From Squalus acanthias (lineage: Eukaryota): a stretch of 64,000 nucleotides of DNA. How positions within the stretch are numbered: position 1 is the first letter of the stretch; each line of letters opens with the position of its first letter. Below, in pieces: positions 12,111 to 25,519 of the stretch. A model generated the notes under the pieces. That model was given only the letters and a program-made list of their open reading frames with translations, made no database searches and was not told where the DNA came from. The stretch covers positions 4,092,001 to 4,156,000 of the forward strand of contig CM059442.1 of NCBI GenBank assembly GCA_030390025.1, read 5' to 3'. Both the position numbers and the translations under genes were made by a program.

Positions 12111-12904
12111 GAGCCCTGTCAGTTTTAAAATAAATTCTTATCAAAAGCGAACAGTTAGAATACATGCCGGAGGCGACTCTGGAAACTGTTTTAAATAAGA
12201 TTTATTCTAACCGCAGCTTGTACCGTTAACACAGAGACAGACCTCATCGGTGGCCCCAGGCTGAAGGCTTCTTTGTTTCACGGACATAGGGAAGCGGTCA
12301 CCCCAGCTCTCTGAGTTTGCCTGGCATAACGGTAGAGGGGGAACCGAGGTGAAGGGCTGATACCAGTGGGAACTGTGATCACTGAACGTGTTTCACTCTG
12401 GCACCTTTAACCATTTAAGGCCCGAGAGTTTAACCCGGTGTTTTACAAAGAGGTGATTCGACTTACAAATTACTGAAGCCTAAACACAGTCTTATCCAGT
12501 GTATCTGCTTTAGCTGCCCTATATAATCCCACCATCCGGCTCACTCCAGGTAACCGTTAATATTGTTCTGCCAGAACCAATAATCTAATTATATTTTGAC
12601 GTTACATTTTGGACTCTAGATAAGTTTAGCCATCACATTGCAGACATGCGGGGCAATGGAATATCTCACCCACTCAGTGCTGACTATGTGACATAAATAT
12701 TTAAATGCAAGTTGTTGTTGCTGTGGTGTAACATTCTAATTAATGAGTATGTGTTGTCTGAATCTATTAAACCTGTCAGTGTCCCCACAGGCTGATCTAT
12801 AAGTCTCTGAATACAATCACTGAGTATGACAGTGAAACATTTGCCCCAGAATTACAAAGTGTATCTATACTGTGCAACCGGCACGGGTCTGTAATTTTAG
12901 AGAT

Positions 12905-13345
12905 GCATAGGATAGTACAGCACAGAAGGAGGCCATTCGGTCCATCAAGTTGCTTTTTTGCCAATCAACTTAATTCTCTTCCATCTGGTTATCTACCCTT
13001 TTGTCATTGGAAAGAGTCTCTCTTTATTTAATCAACCTAAAGAGTTCATCATTTTAAACACCTCTGTCAAATCTCCTCTTAGGCTTTTCTGCTCTAAGGA
13101 GAACAACCCCAGCTGCTCTAGTCTATCCACGTAACTGAGAAACCCTTATCCCGGGAACCATTCTAATAAATCTCTTCTGTACCCTCTCCAAAGACTTCAG
13201 GTCCTTCCTAAAGTGCGGTGCCCAGAATTGGAAACAACACTCCAGCTGGAGACGAACCAGTGATTTATATTGATTTGGCCTAACATCCTGGCTTTTGTAC
13301 TCTACGCCTCTCTTTATGAAGCTCAGGATCCCATATGTTTTATTC
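12905..13345 (-). mobile_element. CR1 3' fragment (longer paralog ~45805-46450)
   Basis: YKSLVRLQLECCFQFWAPHFRKD..LERVQKRF. Confidence 0.85.
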
Positions 13346-13359
13346 AATGATGTGCACCG

Positions 13360-13950
13360 AAACTGTCCTATTGTTACAGGTCTATGATTAGTATCTATGC
13401 TGAGGTCCTCGTCTGTAATTATTAACTACAATACCCGCTTTTCTGATTAGCGCCGGCACTGTTCTGCTGGTAAAGTTCTATGACAAATATCAATATTGTT
13501 CTACTGGTGCATGACTATGATTAGTACGTGTATAAGCAGTACGTATACTGTCCTATTGGTACTGGTCTATGATTAGTACATACAGTGCCGTCTGTGTACA
13601 GTTCTGTGATAAGTACCGACACTGCCCTAATGGGACAGATCTGGTATTAATACATAGACTGCAAAATCTACTGATTCCTGATTATACCAAAACTATCCTA
13701 CCTGTACAGGTCTATGATTAATACCTGCACTGTCATATAGGTGCAGACTTTTCATTATTACCTACACATGCCTATTGATACTGATCTGTGATTATTACTA
13801 ACTTCTTTGTACAGGTCTATAATTAATACCTACAGTGTCCTGCTGGTACGGGACTGTCATTACTACATGAATTACTGTGACTGATAAACTTGCTACCTAT
13901 ACAGGTCCTGCCCTTTGATTATGCCATAAACTTCCTGAACAAGTACCAGT
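13360..13950. repeat. Degenerate ~35-nt minisatellite (paralog ~46465-47040)
   Basis: Recurrent ctgtcctattggtacaggtctatgattagtac variants. Confidence 0.75.
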
Positions 13951-16900
13951 CAGCTTTCAATGTTTAAAGCATTTAGAGCCCAGCTTCTGAAGTTATCACA
14001 ACATTTCATTATATATTGCAATATTCATATCGAAATTGATAATGGATCATTTGTTGTGAATAATTCATTTGAGCTAGAAACACAGCAGACATGTCAAAAA
14101 ACCACCTGCTATTTTAATAACAAAGATACATTTACTAATTTCATCGTTATAAGGAGCAATTAATTGATTGCAGCACTTTAGATTATTCTGAGCTGCCAAT
14201 CGAAACAGTGTCTGCACCAATAAAACAAGCACAGTTGTATATTTAACAGTGCGATTTATTCAATGTCCGTCAGAGATTTGCTAATGAAGGGTTAAACTCT
14301 GAATGCCAGTCTCAAAGTGAAGCTGGTAACCAACACATTCGTTAATTACAGACCCTCGTCCCACACTAGACTGCCAGTCATCAATAAAAACTCTCCCCTG
14401 ATTACAATCACATAAATAGACTTTTTCAAACCTGTGAGTCGTGATAATGCTGCCACACCTCCTGGTGTAGGACAATTATCTTTCACCCATAAAAGCACTG
14501 CTATGCTCACAATTAATGCCCCCTAGCAATAGGCCTAGAAATCTCCAGGGGTTTACGTTTTCATTAAATCTGTCACCCAGCAGTATATTACCTCGTCTCA
14601 GGGTTTGCAAATCTCTGGTCGTGCTTTTCCATTACCGATCAATATCGCTCGCACTCTCACTTCCGCACAGTATCCCTCCTACTCATTGTTGGAACTCCAG
14701 AGAACATGAGCGGCTCAGCATGAAAAATTCCTGCCCATATAGTCTATGAATTAAACAATGTCAGTTGTGCTACACCCCACGTTAGCTTATGCATCTTAAA
14801 AAGTGACCTTCAGCCTCTCTGGTAATCTCACTGCAGGTCCACTCAATCTTCTTGCAGTCACTAAATTTCCGTACGATTTTGGGTAAGGTTCCAAAATTGC
14901 CCCTTTCTTCTGTCTCTCTATTAGTTTCTGCTCTCATTATGGCATCTACCCTGCACATTGCTATTTCTCAAATTATACTTCAGTTGTCCGAGTCTTTGCA
15001 AGCTGGTAATAACTTTCATTCCCAACCTGCCTGTAAGTCATTCACTTTATCAGCTTTTATTTTATTTCGATAATTCATGTTCCTGAGCAGACTGGCTGGG
15101 AATCAATAATTCTGCTCCTGTCCGAACCATTACCATAATATCAGTTAACCAGCAACAATCTGAATAGGAATGATTATTACATTTACTCAGTTTAGTTATT
15201 CTGTATTAAAATAGTTATATTTTAACTAATGTGTTATAAACCAATGAAATCTTGCCCATGTCCATTTGTCTCGATTTTAATTGCAAAGGATAATACGATT
15301 GATCCAGTCTGTAGACTGCAGTCTGTCAGTGAGTCATCAATTCTCCTCGACATCCAATCACAAAATACTGTCCTGCCCAGTCTTTCTTCAAGGCATTAAA
15401 ATCGCCATGTGTCAAGCACCAATCCTGCCTGCCTCAGTCTGTGGGGAAACTATTATGCTGTGTATCATTAACGCCACATCAATCTGTGAGCAGCTATTAA
15501 ATATGCTTCAAAATCACCACCCCACTAATCAATAGGGCTGCCTGGACTTGTGCTGTCATCCACCTGAAATTGTGCTTGGACACATAGTATTAGTAAATCA
15601 GCTGCAACAATGTCGAATTTCATAAGTCAGTTACTGTGCCTAGACTAACTGCAGCAATATTTTCAGATACAGCAGCGTTAAACATACAAGATTCCATTCC
15701 CATCACTTTAAGTGAATTAAGTCACTGGGGATACAGCATGGTTTACTAAACAAGTTTATCACACCCGGCGCTCGTGTCCAAACTATTAAACACGGCATCT
15801 CCACACTATGCTTTATTTCAATACTTCGTGCTTCTTCACCCTTTCAACCACTGATTCTAACCCTTCCCCAAGTCTGTTCAACAATAACCAACGCCGCGCT
15901 TTCATGTTTAGTCTTTTTAATAGTTAATCATTCATCTACTTAGTTCTCTTGTAAGAAAGACGATTCATGTTACAGAGCAGTCAGAAATATTCCCTTCCTA
16001 AGAAGTTAATTCAACCGGCCATTGAGAAGCAGAATGCGCTAAGTATTGCGTTGTTCATTCAGTAATGGGGAATAGTCTTCAGACGGGTTAGTTTTAATCT
16101 CCTGCTCATATGTGTTGCAATAGTTTTGTCGATTATCGTTAAATTGGAAGAGCCCACTATGGTTACAATCAGCCAATCAGTTTTCTCCGAATTCCATAAG
16201 AAATGTTCGGATATCCGGAAACTGAAAGAAGGCGTCCATTAGAGAATTATTCCAGTTAGAATCATGTAGTCATCTGCCAAAGACAGCGCCAAGGTTACAG
16301 TCAGCCAACCGGCTTTTACCTGAAACTATCGAGGCCCGAACCCAACTGATCAGGAACTGAAATGATACACTAAAGTTAAAATCAGCCAATCAGTGTGCTT
16401 CGACGTCAATCAGTTATATTTGAGGAAACATGACTCTGAAATAAATTGTCCAGCAGAGAATTATTCGGGAAACAAATATTCAGTATGCTTCAGAAAGAAT
16501 CAGATTTATAGTTAAAAATATGCAGACCCTAATCCAATTGGTTAGTAGCTGAAATGATACACCCAAGTTATAAGCAGCCAATTAGTGCCAATACGGAAAC
16601 TGCAGGCGAAATCAGTCAATCAGAAGATATCCGGAACATCTGGGAGATAAGCAGTTAATTATCTGGTGTATACAAGCGAAATGTCCAAGCGATAGAAAGT
16701 CATTTAGGTCAGAATGAAAATATTTCGATCACAGTCAAGAAGCTAGCGTACCAAAGGTTTTAATAGATCATTGGCCTTCCGGCAACTACATCCAGAAACA
16801 GATGCTGAAGTTATTCAAGGTGGGCGCCTTATTCTCTGTGATGATCAATCAAAAGCTGTATGCAACAGAGAGATGAATCAGGTTCTATACATAGAGCGTC

Positions 16901-17569
16901 TTGTGAAGAAGTATCCTAATCGTGCTTGGAATGTGACAATTCCACAGTTTTTGTTTCGAGTGAGCATCGCGAAATGAGTTGCTCCCCTAGCAATAACCTT
17001 CTTTAGTCAATTGTAGGAATAACATGTTTGTTTCAATTATTGCCGTCGGATCTTTCAGTAGATTTCTGTAGATTCCGAACATCTGTATTTTTCTTCTATT
17101 TGCCCAGTCTCTCGATCCCTTCCAATTGTTTATGATTCATGTCACAGGAGCCACGTAATAGTCAGAAGATTCAAACTTTCCATGAAAGGAAATTAACATT
17201 CTATCAATGCAACATTCTCAATTGTATTGCCGATTTTCAGTCCATTTCTGTTACTCGTACGATATATTCTCACAAGGAAATAATTTTCAGGTCGAATATA
17301 AGGATTAAGAAAGTTATTTCTAAGGAGAGTAAGATCACTTTTATTTCGGTCAATCTATTGGTGGGGAAGTAAAACCATATCGGCTTTTAAGAGTCTCCAA
17401 GTAAAGTAACTGCAAAATTTGCATAATTTGAATTCCTGTTTCCTCTACGTAATGCACACTTTCTTTTTGTCGAGATCCATCACACTTAACTAAGGATTTA
17501 CACAATTTAGCAAGCATAAGGTGTGCATAAGGGTAATATTGTAATATCAGAGATTTATTACAGATTAGG

Positions 17570-18615
17570 GACAGAGTTCGGGTTTAGAGATTATAAATAT
17601 AGATAGAGATAGAGGCAGAGATAGTGTTCGAAATGGAGATAGAGATCGAATACAGTGAAAGAGGGATATTAATCGACATAGATAGTGATAGGCACAAAGG
17701 CAGACAGAGGATTGAGACGGACATAAATTTGGAGAGCTGGCAGAAAATGAACTAGAGCTAGAGATAGAGATACAGATAAATGATTTGATACAAATAGAGC
17801 TATATAAATATATCGAAAGCGATAGGGATAGACGTAGAGAAAGGGGAGATAGAGGTACAGATCTGAATGGACATAGATAGAGAGAGTGATAGTGAGATGG
17901 AGAGGTAGAGAGAGATAGAGAAAAATAGAGATAGATACAATTAGATAGATAGAGATGGAGATAGAGAGACATAGATAGAGAGATAGATCAAGAGAGATTG
18001 TGAAATATAGAAATATGACGAGAGCTGCTGATGGAATGAGAGAGACTGGGATATACATAGAGATGGAGATTGGCGAGATAGAGTTAGAGGTGGTAGAAAT
18101 ATAGCTAGAGCTAGCGATAGACATGGAGATAGAGATAGCGATAGAGCTATTAATCGACATAGATAGAGACAGGCACGTGGACAGAGAAGATTTTGAAATG
18201 AATATAAGATGGAGAATCTCATAGACAACGAACTGGAGCTAGAGATAGCGACAGAAATAAATAACGTGCATACTGATACAAATTGAGATATATAAATGTA
18301 ATTTGTTATAAGTATAGAGACAGAGTCTTGGATATACAAAGAGATAGAAGAGATAGAAATATAAATGGATATGGACAGATATAGAGAGATACAGAGAGAG
18401 ATGCAGAGATAGAGAGATGGAGATTGATATGTACATAGAGATAGAGAGTTAGTGAAATAGAGAGAGATGGAGTTAGAGTGAGAGATACAGATAGAATGAG
18501 AGAGACTGGGATATACAGAGAGATATAGATAGGACAGGCAGATGGAGAGGTAGAGATAGATATGGAGATAGAGATATATAGGTAGATCTAGACAGAGACA
18601 TGGAGATAGTTATAG
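17570..18615. repeat. GA/GATA-rich low-complexity tract, continuing at 21913-22036 and 22774-23140 (paralog ~48350-49100)
   Basis: Imperfect (GA)n/(GATA)n, interrupted by MITE insertions in this copy. Confidence 0.9.
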
Positions 18616-19131
18616 ACTTGAGGCCGGATATTCTGATGTACACACCCGTAGGGAAATCAGAAATCCCGGTTTTAGGCAGGAAAGCGCAAGCGCTGAAAAC
18701 CGATATTTGCGATCTGTCAAGAATGTTCTTGACAGATCGCACGCCTGCCCTGTAGAAGGGATTCTGTGGGCAGATATTTCCGCTTTCTGGAGAATCTCCG
18801 CCCGCAGAAAACAATTAGAAATCTTACGCCTTCTAAAAGCGTAAGTGTTGAAAAGAGTAAAAAAAAATGTTTCAATCATTTACCATTTAACCATGCTTTA
18901 AAAAACTAAATTTATTTTCAGCCCCGTAAAATATTAAATATTGTTTAAGATATTTAATATATTTTAACTTAAATTCATTTTAAAAATGTGATTAAAAAAA
19001 AACTTAATGTTATACAGTGTTTTTGGGTGATCTCCAATCATATGTATGACAGGTCTGTCTATCAAGTGCCTAAAACGGGCATCTCCGATGTCCCTACTGG
19101 TGTGTACATCGTAATATTTAATGTAGTCATG

Positions 19132-19449
19132 GAAATCACAGAATCCCCACAGTGCAGATAGAAGCCATTTCGGCCCATCGAGCCTGCACCGACACATATC
19201 CCACCCTATCCCCGTAACCCATGTATTTCATCCCCCTAACACTAAGGGTCAATTTATCATAGCCAAATCAACCTGACCGGCACATCTTTGGACTGTGGGG
19301 AAAAAAACCGGAGCAACCGGAGGAAACCCACGCAGACACGGGGAGAATGTGCAAACTCCACACAGACAGTCACCCGAGGCCGGATTCGCACCCGGGTTCC
19401 TGGCGCTGTGAGACAACAGTGCTAAACACTATGCCACCTTGTTGCCCCG
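19132..19449 (-). mobile_element. HE1/V-SINE-like tRNA-derived SINE
   Basis: Reverse strand tRNA head with A/B boxes, V-domain ccgtgtctgcgtgggtttcctcc...cacagtccaaagatgtgc, CR1-like tail. Confidence 0.85.
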
Positions 19450-21680
19450 TGCAAAAGTGCAAAGATGGACCGGAAATAATGTTTCTAAATTGGGGGAACC
19501 CCGATTTTAACATGATAAGGCAGGATCTGGCCAAAGTGGACTGGGATCAGCTACTTGTAGGAAAATCCACATCAGAGCAGTGGGAGTCTTTCAGAAAGGA
19601 AATAGAGAGAGTACAATGCCAACATGTTCCCGTAAAGGTCCAGGATGGGATCAACAAACCCAGGGAACCCGGGATGTCAAGGGATATACAAGAATGGATT
19701 GAAAAAAGGGAGGCTTTAGGCAGATACAAAGGACTAAAAACAGTGGAAGACTAAGAGGAGTATACAAAGTGCAGGAGGGTACGTAAAAAAGAAATTAGGA
19801 GAGCGAAATGCGTGCATGAAAAAACACTGGCGGTTAAAATAAATTAAAATCCCAAGGTGTTGTATAAGTATATTGAGGGCAAGAGGATAACCAGGTTAAA
19901 AGTAGGGCACATTCGGGACCAAAGTGGAAATCTGTATATAGAGCCGGAAGATGTGGATGAGGTTTGAAATGAATATTTTGAATCTGTGTTCACTATGGAG
20001 ATGGACGTTGTAGGCAAAGAAATCAGGCAAGGTGGTTGTGATATACTTGAACAAATTAGTATTGAGAGGACGGATGTACTAGCGGTTTTAGCCGGCTTAA
20101 AAGTGCATAAATCCGCTGGCCCAGACGAGATGTATCCCAGGCTACTGTGTGAGGCTAGGGAGGAGATTGCAGGGGCTCTGACACAATTTTTTCAGATCCT
20201 CTCTGACCACAGGAGAGGTGCCAGAGGACTGGTGGACAGCTAAAGTAGTAGCATTATTCAAGAAGGGTAGTATGGATAAACCAGGGAATTACAGCCCAGT
20301 GAGCCTAACATCAGTGGTAGGGAAATTATTGGAAATAATTCTGAGGGATAGAAATAGTCTCCACTTGGCGAGGCAAGGATTAATCCAGGATAATCAGCAT
20401 GATTTTGTCAGGGGGAGATCATGTCTAACCAATGTGATTGAATCTTTCGAGGGGGTGACTAGCTGCGTGGATGAGCGTCGTGCAGTTGATGTAGTCAACA
20501 TGGACTTCAGTAAGGCTTTTGACAAAGTCCCGCATGGGAGACTGGTCAAGAAGCTAAGAGCCCATGGTATCCAGCGCACTTCGGCACATTGGATCCAAAA
20601 TTGGCTTAGTAGCAGGAGGCAGAGGGTGATGGTCGATGGTTGTTTTTGTGACTGGAAGCCTGTGTCCAGTGGTGTACCGCAGGGATCGGTGCTGGGTCCT
20701 TTAGTGTTTGTAGTGTGCGTTAATGATTTAGATCTGAATGTAGGAGGTATGATCAGTAAGTTCGCAGATGACACGAAAATTGGTGGGGTGGTAAATAGCG
20801 AGGAGGGAAGCCTCAGGCTACAGGATGATATAGACGGGTTGGTCAGATTGGCAGAACAGTGGCAAATGGAATTTAACCCTGAAAAGTGTGAGGTGATGCA
20901 TTTTGGGAGGACTAACAATGCAAGGGAATACACAATGAATGGTCGTACTCTAGGAAGGACAGACGATCAGAGGGACCTTGGTGTGCTTGTACATAAATCC
21001 CTGAAGGCTGCACGACAGGTAGATAAGGTGATTAAAAAGGCATATGGGATACTTGCCTTCATTACCCGAGGCATAGAACATAAGAGCATGGAGGTTATGA
21101 TGGAACTGTACAAAACTCTAGTTAGGCCACAGCTGGAATACTGTTTCCAGTTCTGGTCGCCACACTATTTGGGGGGATGTGATTGCATTGGAGAGGTTGC
21201 AGAGGAGAGTCACCAGGTTGTTACCTGGGCTGGAGCGCTTCAGCTATGAAGAGAGACTGGACAGACTGGGGTTGTTTTCCTTCGAGCAGAGAAGGCTGAG
21301 GAGGGACCTGATTCAGTTGTACAAAATTATGACGGGCATAGATAGGGCAGATAGAAAGGAACTTTTCCCCTTAGTAGAGGGGTCAATAACCAGGAGGCAT
21401 AGTTTCAAGGTAAGGGGCAGGAGATTTAGAGGGGATTTGAGGAAAAAACTTTTTCACCCAGAGGGTGGCTGGAATCTGGAACTAACTGCCTGAAAGGGTG
21501 GTCGATGCAGGAGCCCTCACAACATTCAAGAAGCATTTAGATGAGCACTTGAAACGCCATAGCATACAAGGCTACGGATCAAGTGCTGGAAAATCGGATT
21601 AGAGTAGATAGGGCTTGATGCCGGCGATGACACGATGGGCCGAAGGGCCTCTTTCTGTACTGTATAACTCTATGAATCTA
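19450..21680 (+). mobile_element. 5'-truncated CR1 LINE
   Basis: 343-aa RT ORF 20218-21249 ([21 protein letters not shown]) and 3' tail ...gggccgaagggcct...aactctatgaatct. Confidence 0.95.
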
Positions 21681-22036
21681 AGTGTGTGAAGGAAGATTAC
21701 CTTCTTTGATTGGTTCCCAAAGGCCCACGTGATCCCAGGGACATTTGCGAACCGCATGCGCCTCTGGGATACCTGGGCCCTGCGCGTTTCGAGTTGGAGA
21801 TGCCCAGGAGCGGAAATGTCCTGACCTCGGTAGCCCTCAGGTAAGTCCTTAGATTTTTTTCCAGATCGGAGGCCTCCGCACGCTGCAACCCTCCGATCCC
21901 AAACTACGGCCCATGGTGATGGAGGTTGACATAGATATCCATATCGAGCTCGAGATAGACACAGACATAGACATAGACAAATATATAAAAGTAGAGCAGA
22001 CATAGACATGGTCATTGAGATAGTGTAAGAGACATT

Positions 22037-22773
22037 GGGCCGGATTTTCCGACCCCCACATGTGCGTACGAGGTGCGTGCGCACCCGTAGAGGCCGCGCA
22101 AGTGCCGGTTTCAGGCATGGGAAGCGCATGCGCTAAAACCCGGCACTTTCAATCTGTCAGAAATTCTCTTGACCGATCATCCACCTGCCCGGGAGAAGAG
22201 CGTCCGCAGGTGGAGAGATCCGCTTTCTGCAGAACTTCCGCCCACTGAAAACCTTTAAAATCTTATACCTGTTAATTGCAGCCATGAGGCCTGCTTTTAA
22301 CAGCATAAGAATTACAAAAAAAAGTCACTCCTTTATACTTTAAAAATACATTTAAAAAGATAAGTTTATATTGAGCCCCGTAAAAAACTTCAATTTTTTT
22401 CCCCAAAAAATTAGATTTTTGTTTAAAATATTTAATTTAAAGCAATTTTAACTAATTTTAAATGTTGTTTATTTAATGTTTAAATGTGTTTTAAGTGATC
22501 CCCATTTATAATTTTGAAAATTCCTTTCGTAGAGACCTGTTAAAAGTGCGAATGACGATTCCCTTCTTTGATTGGTTCCCCATGGCCCACGTGATCCCAG
22601 GGACGCTTGGGAACCGCATGCGCCCCTGGGATACTTCGGCCTCTGCGCATTTCGTGGAGCAGAGTCCCAGGATCGGAAATCTCGGCAACGACGGAGCCAG
22701 CAGATAAGGTCCTAGATTGTTTCCGATTGGAGGCATCTGTCCGCAGGATGGCTCCGATCGGAAAATCCGTCCC
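22037..22773. mobile_element. MITE, 737 bp, with 16-bp terminal inverted repeats
   Basis: gggccggattttccga ... tcggaaaatccgtccc (15/16), AT-rich centre, no transposase. PIF/Harbinger affinity is only a guess from the GGG ends. Confidence 0.8.
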
Positions 22774-25512
22774 ATAGAGATAGGAGACCAAGAAATAGAA
22801 ATGGATATAGGCAGATTTAGAGCGATACCGAGAGAGATACAGAGATAGAGAGATAGAAATAGACAGGTACATAGAGATAGAGATTTAGAGAAATAGAGAG
22901 AGATAGAGTAAGAATGAGAGTAACTGTTCGATTGAGCTACACTGGGATATACAGAGAGATATAGATATAGTTAGACGTCGAGATAGATATTGAGTTATAA
23001 GGGTAGAGCTGGACATAGACATGGAGATTGTTATAGGCATGGTGTCGGAGGTAGATGTAGAGTTCGACATATCGCTCGAGATAGACACAGACATAGACAG
23101 ATACAGAGACATATAAATAGACTTGACATAGACTATATACATTCAGAAAGTGTTCGAGATATTGATGCTGAATGGAAATGTTACCCCGAACAATCTACGC
23201 TTCGTCACATGCAGATCAGCTCTAACTTACCGGTGCTTTCGGCTGATCCCACAACTGCATACTCGGAATTATCTGCAGACTTCTCTTCACTCGGGTGTCG
23301 ACCTCTATTTCCAGTTGCCTCCCTTAGTGTAGAAATGTTCTCAGATATTCAAGTTGAACAATAATCAGCAACAACGGAAATATCGCTTTTAAATACAATG
23401 AAATACTGGAATAATTGTCAAAAGTCAGCAAACAGATTAGAAGAGACAAATCTTTAAAATCGCAAGGCCACATCAATTGTACAAGTTGAAGAAGCTCAAG
23501 GTAGACAGGTCGCCAAGCTCTGGCACTTTCCTACCAATGGGTCTGAAGACGTTGTCTCAGCAGATCGTGAATGACCTCACTGATATTTCCCAGAGTTCAT
23601 TGCACATGACTCACTGGGGTAGGAATTGGTCCATGACGACGTAGGAAAGCGAGAGGTAACGAATTGGCTGTCACTTTAGAAGTCCTCCAGAATATTTTTG
23701 AACCATTGAAGTTTATACAAATGATAATCGGCGGAGTGCAAAATGCGCTACGGATTTGCTTGCGCCCGCTGTGCGCTGTGGCCCCAGATGAAGTTATACG
23801 GCTCATCGTTGAAGATTGTAAAGTGGTAAGAGTGACTGCTGGAGGTGGTTATATGATCGACATTACCGCCTGGGCAGTAAGAATCAACTGGGACAAGTAC
23901 AGAAATGTAAAATCCGGTGGAGGAATCAAATGCCGGTACAGCACTCGCCGGATTTTCCTAACTTCCAAATTGTTTCACAGGAAAATCGGGCGCTATCTGT
24001 AATGGACGGCTGACCAGTAACGCCAGTTTTATTCCGGAGCGGCAAGTTGCTAAATTAATGTTAATATTCACTTTTACCGTCCAGCATAAAGCGGGCGGTA
24101 GAGGATTTGCCGCTCTTTCTACACTCCAGTGGATTTTGGAAATGGAAATCAGGCGTTTTGTAAAACTGGCCGGCGATCCCTTACCACCTGTTTTCAACTC
24201 CACCGGAAAAGCAAACTTCACACCATTGTGTCCTAATAGGAAGGGAGATGTCAATACCGAATAAACGTAGGAATGTATCTTTTATATTTGGGGAGCAGTT
24301 TGGTAAAAACAGTGGGTGCAGTGTTCAAAGTTAATGAGGGAAGTGAAGATAATGTTGAAATATATCGCCACCGTGCAAACAATATACATCCAGAAAATAA
24401 CCTTCAAATTTTAGTTGGTATTGGTGCAAGACCATGGGGTAAAAATATCATTTTTTCCTGCCATTTGTGCGATATTAATCATGTTGAAGGAACGCAAAGA
24501 GGAGAGTATGGTGGAGAGGTTCACACATCCTTTACACAACACGCCGGATTTTCCTTTCACAGTACTTAATGTAACAGGAATCAAGCGGCTCTGCTTTCGG
24601 GAAGTGATCCTTCCCACCAGATCTTCCTTTCTGTGCTCTGCCCAGCAGATGTCCCACATCCGGCGTAGGGAGTACAGTGTTGATATCATTTTAATAAAAT
24701 AAGCATACTAGACATTTGTCGAACATAGAGTCTGGGTCACTAGATTAGTTCCAAAACCGGGGAGACAGATCATTGAATGGAGTTGGAGTATTTTGATACA
24801 ATTCAGTCTTGAAAGAAGAGTGAGAAGTGTTTGGTATAATTATTTATGATTATGAGGGGGTTGGGGAATATGTATACAGATGTGTTTTTATACCGAAGCT
24901 CAAGAAGAGAGTACAACAGTTTCAAATTGAGGGCCATGGAAGCATATCGGAAATTCAAGCAACTTTCAATTGGAGTTTGAAACACATGTGGAAAGATGTA
25001 TAGGAGAGTCGAACAATAAACTGCGACTGGATTCAGAAGTAGACGAGATATTCCCTCCCAAAAAAGAATGTTCAAGGTTATTAAATTTGGAACTTTATCC
25101 TTAAAAGCTTGTTGAGTTAAATGGCCACTGTCTGAGTTGTCACTGTGTGAAAGTTGCTAAACTTAAATTCATGCACAATCGGTCTGCACACTAAATTCTA
25201 GAATGTTTCAGTTCCCTGAGATTTACATGAGGATTAAATTTGAGCATTGAAGAATGGCCAAGCTCACTGTGTGATTGAAGAGTTTGGGGTATAAAGTATT
25301 TTTGGACGGTGCTGGAGAGCAGGGTGCAGAGAATCTCCAACGGTGTTTACACTCCGCCCAAAATTCGTTTACAAGTCACTGGAATCTCATATCGTGCGGA
25401 CCGTAAAATGATTTGTAATCATCCCTTTTACTGTACCACGCAGGGCGAATTTCACCCTGTTTACGTTCGGAAGTCCAGGGACAACTGACATAAGTTAGAA
25501 AAAGATCACTTC

Positions 25513-25519
25513 TTATAGA
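25513..25519 (-). CDS. Gene 2 candidate terminal coding exon start (..G-L-stop)
   Basis: Acceptor tatactctctgcag| followed by T CTA TAA, completing the phase-2 GG of the previous exon. Identical in gene 3 (52590-52596). Confidence 0.45.

Larger units (their letters stand above)
18621..21912. mobile_element. MITE-like non-autonomous DNA element split by nested SINE and CR1
   Basis: Left part 18621-~19130 and right part ~21681-21912 align to the uninterrupted element at 22037-22773. Confidence 0.7.

Noticed and set aside
12461-12490. Donor-like gtaagt (gtgagt in gene 2 at ~45363-45368) suggesting a further upstream exon
   Set aside because: No acceptor partner or transcript evidence; cannot be supported from sequence alone.
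13360-13950. ~35-nt periodic repeats resembling a CRISPR array
   Set aside because: Degenerate tandem units without unique spacers, no cas genes, vertebrate context.
17565-18879. Several 65-163 aa Ser/Leu/Ile-rich ORFs (also 10572-11036, 22540-23364, 43351-44051, 48611-49075)
   Set aside because: Translations of GA/TC low-complexity tracts; no domain or splice structure.
19370-19449. tRNA-like A/B boxes (also ~28060-28134, ~9330-9400, ~3000-3060)
   Set aside because: These are SINE heads attached to V/Deu-like bodies, not tRNA genes.
20394-20933. 179-aa ORF antisense to the CR1 RT (similar ones at 5838-6236, 35829-36110, 59709-59921)
   Set aside because: Shadow frames of LINE ORF2.
20218-21249. 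343-aa RT ORF as an active or domesticated RT, or as part of a retron/DGR-like diversifier of the Ig exons
   Set aside because: 5'-truncated, frameshifted CR1 copy absent from the paralogous unit; no template/variable repeat pair seen.
24411-24702. ORF-like stretch conserved with 50506-50824, considered as a long cytoplasmic exon
   Set aside because: No suitable AG acceptor in either copy (reads ttattaaaatg), no ITIM/ITAM, and conservation is explained by the duplication.
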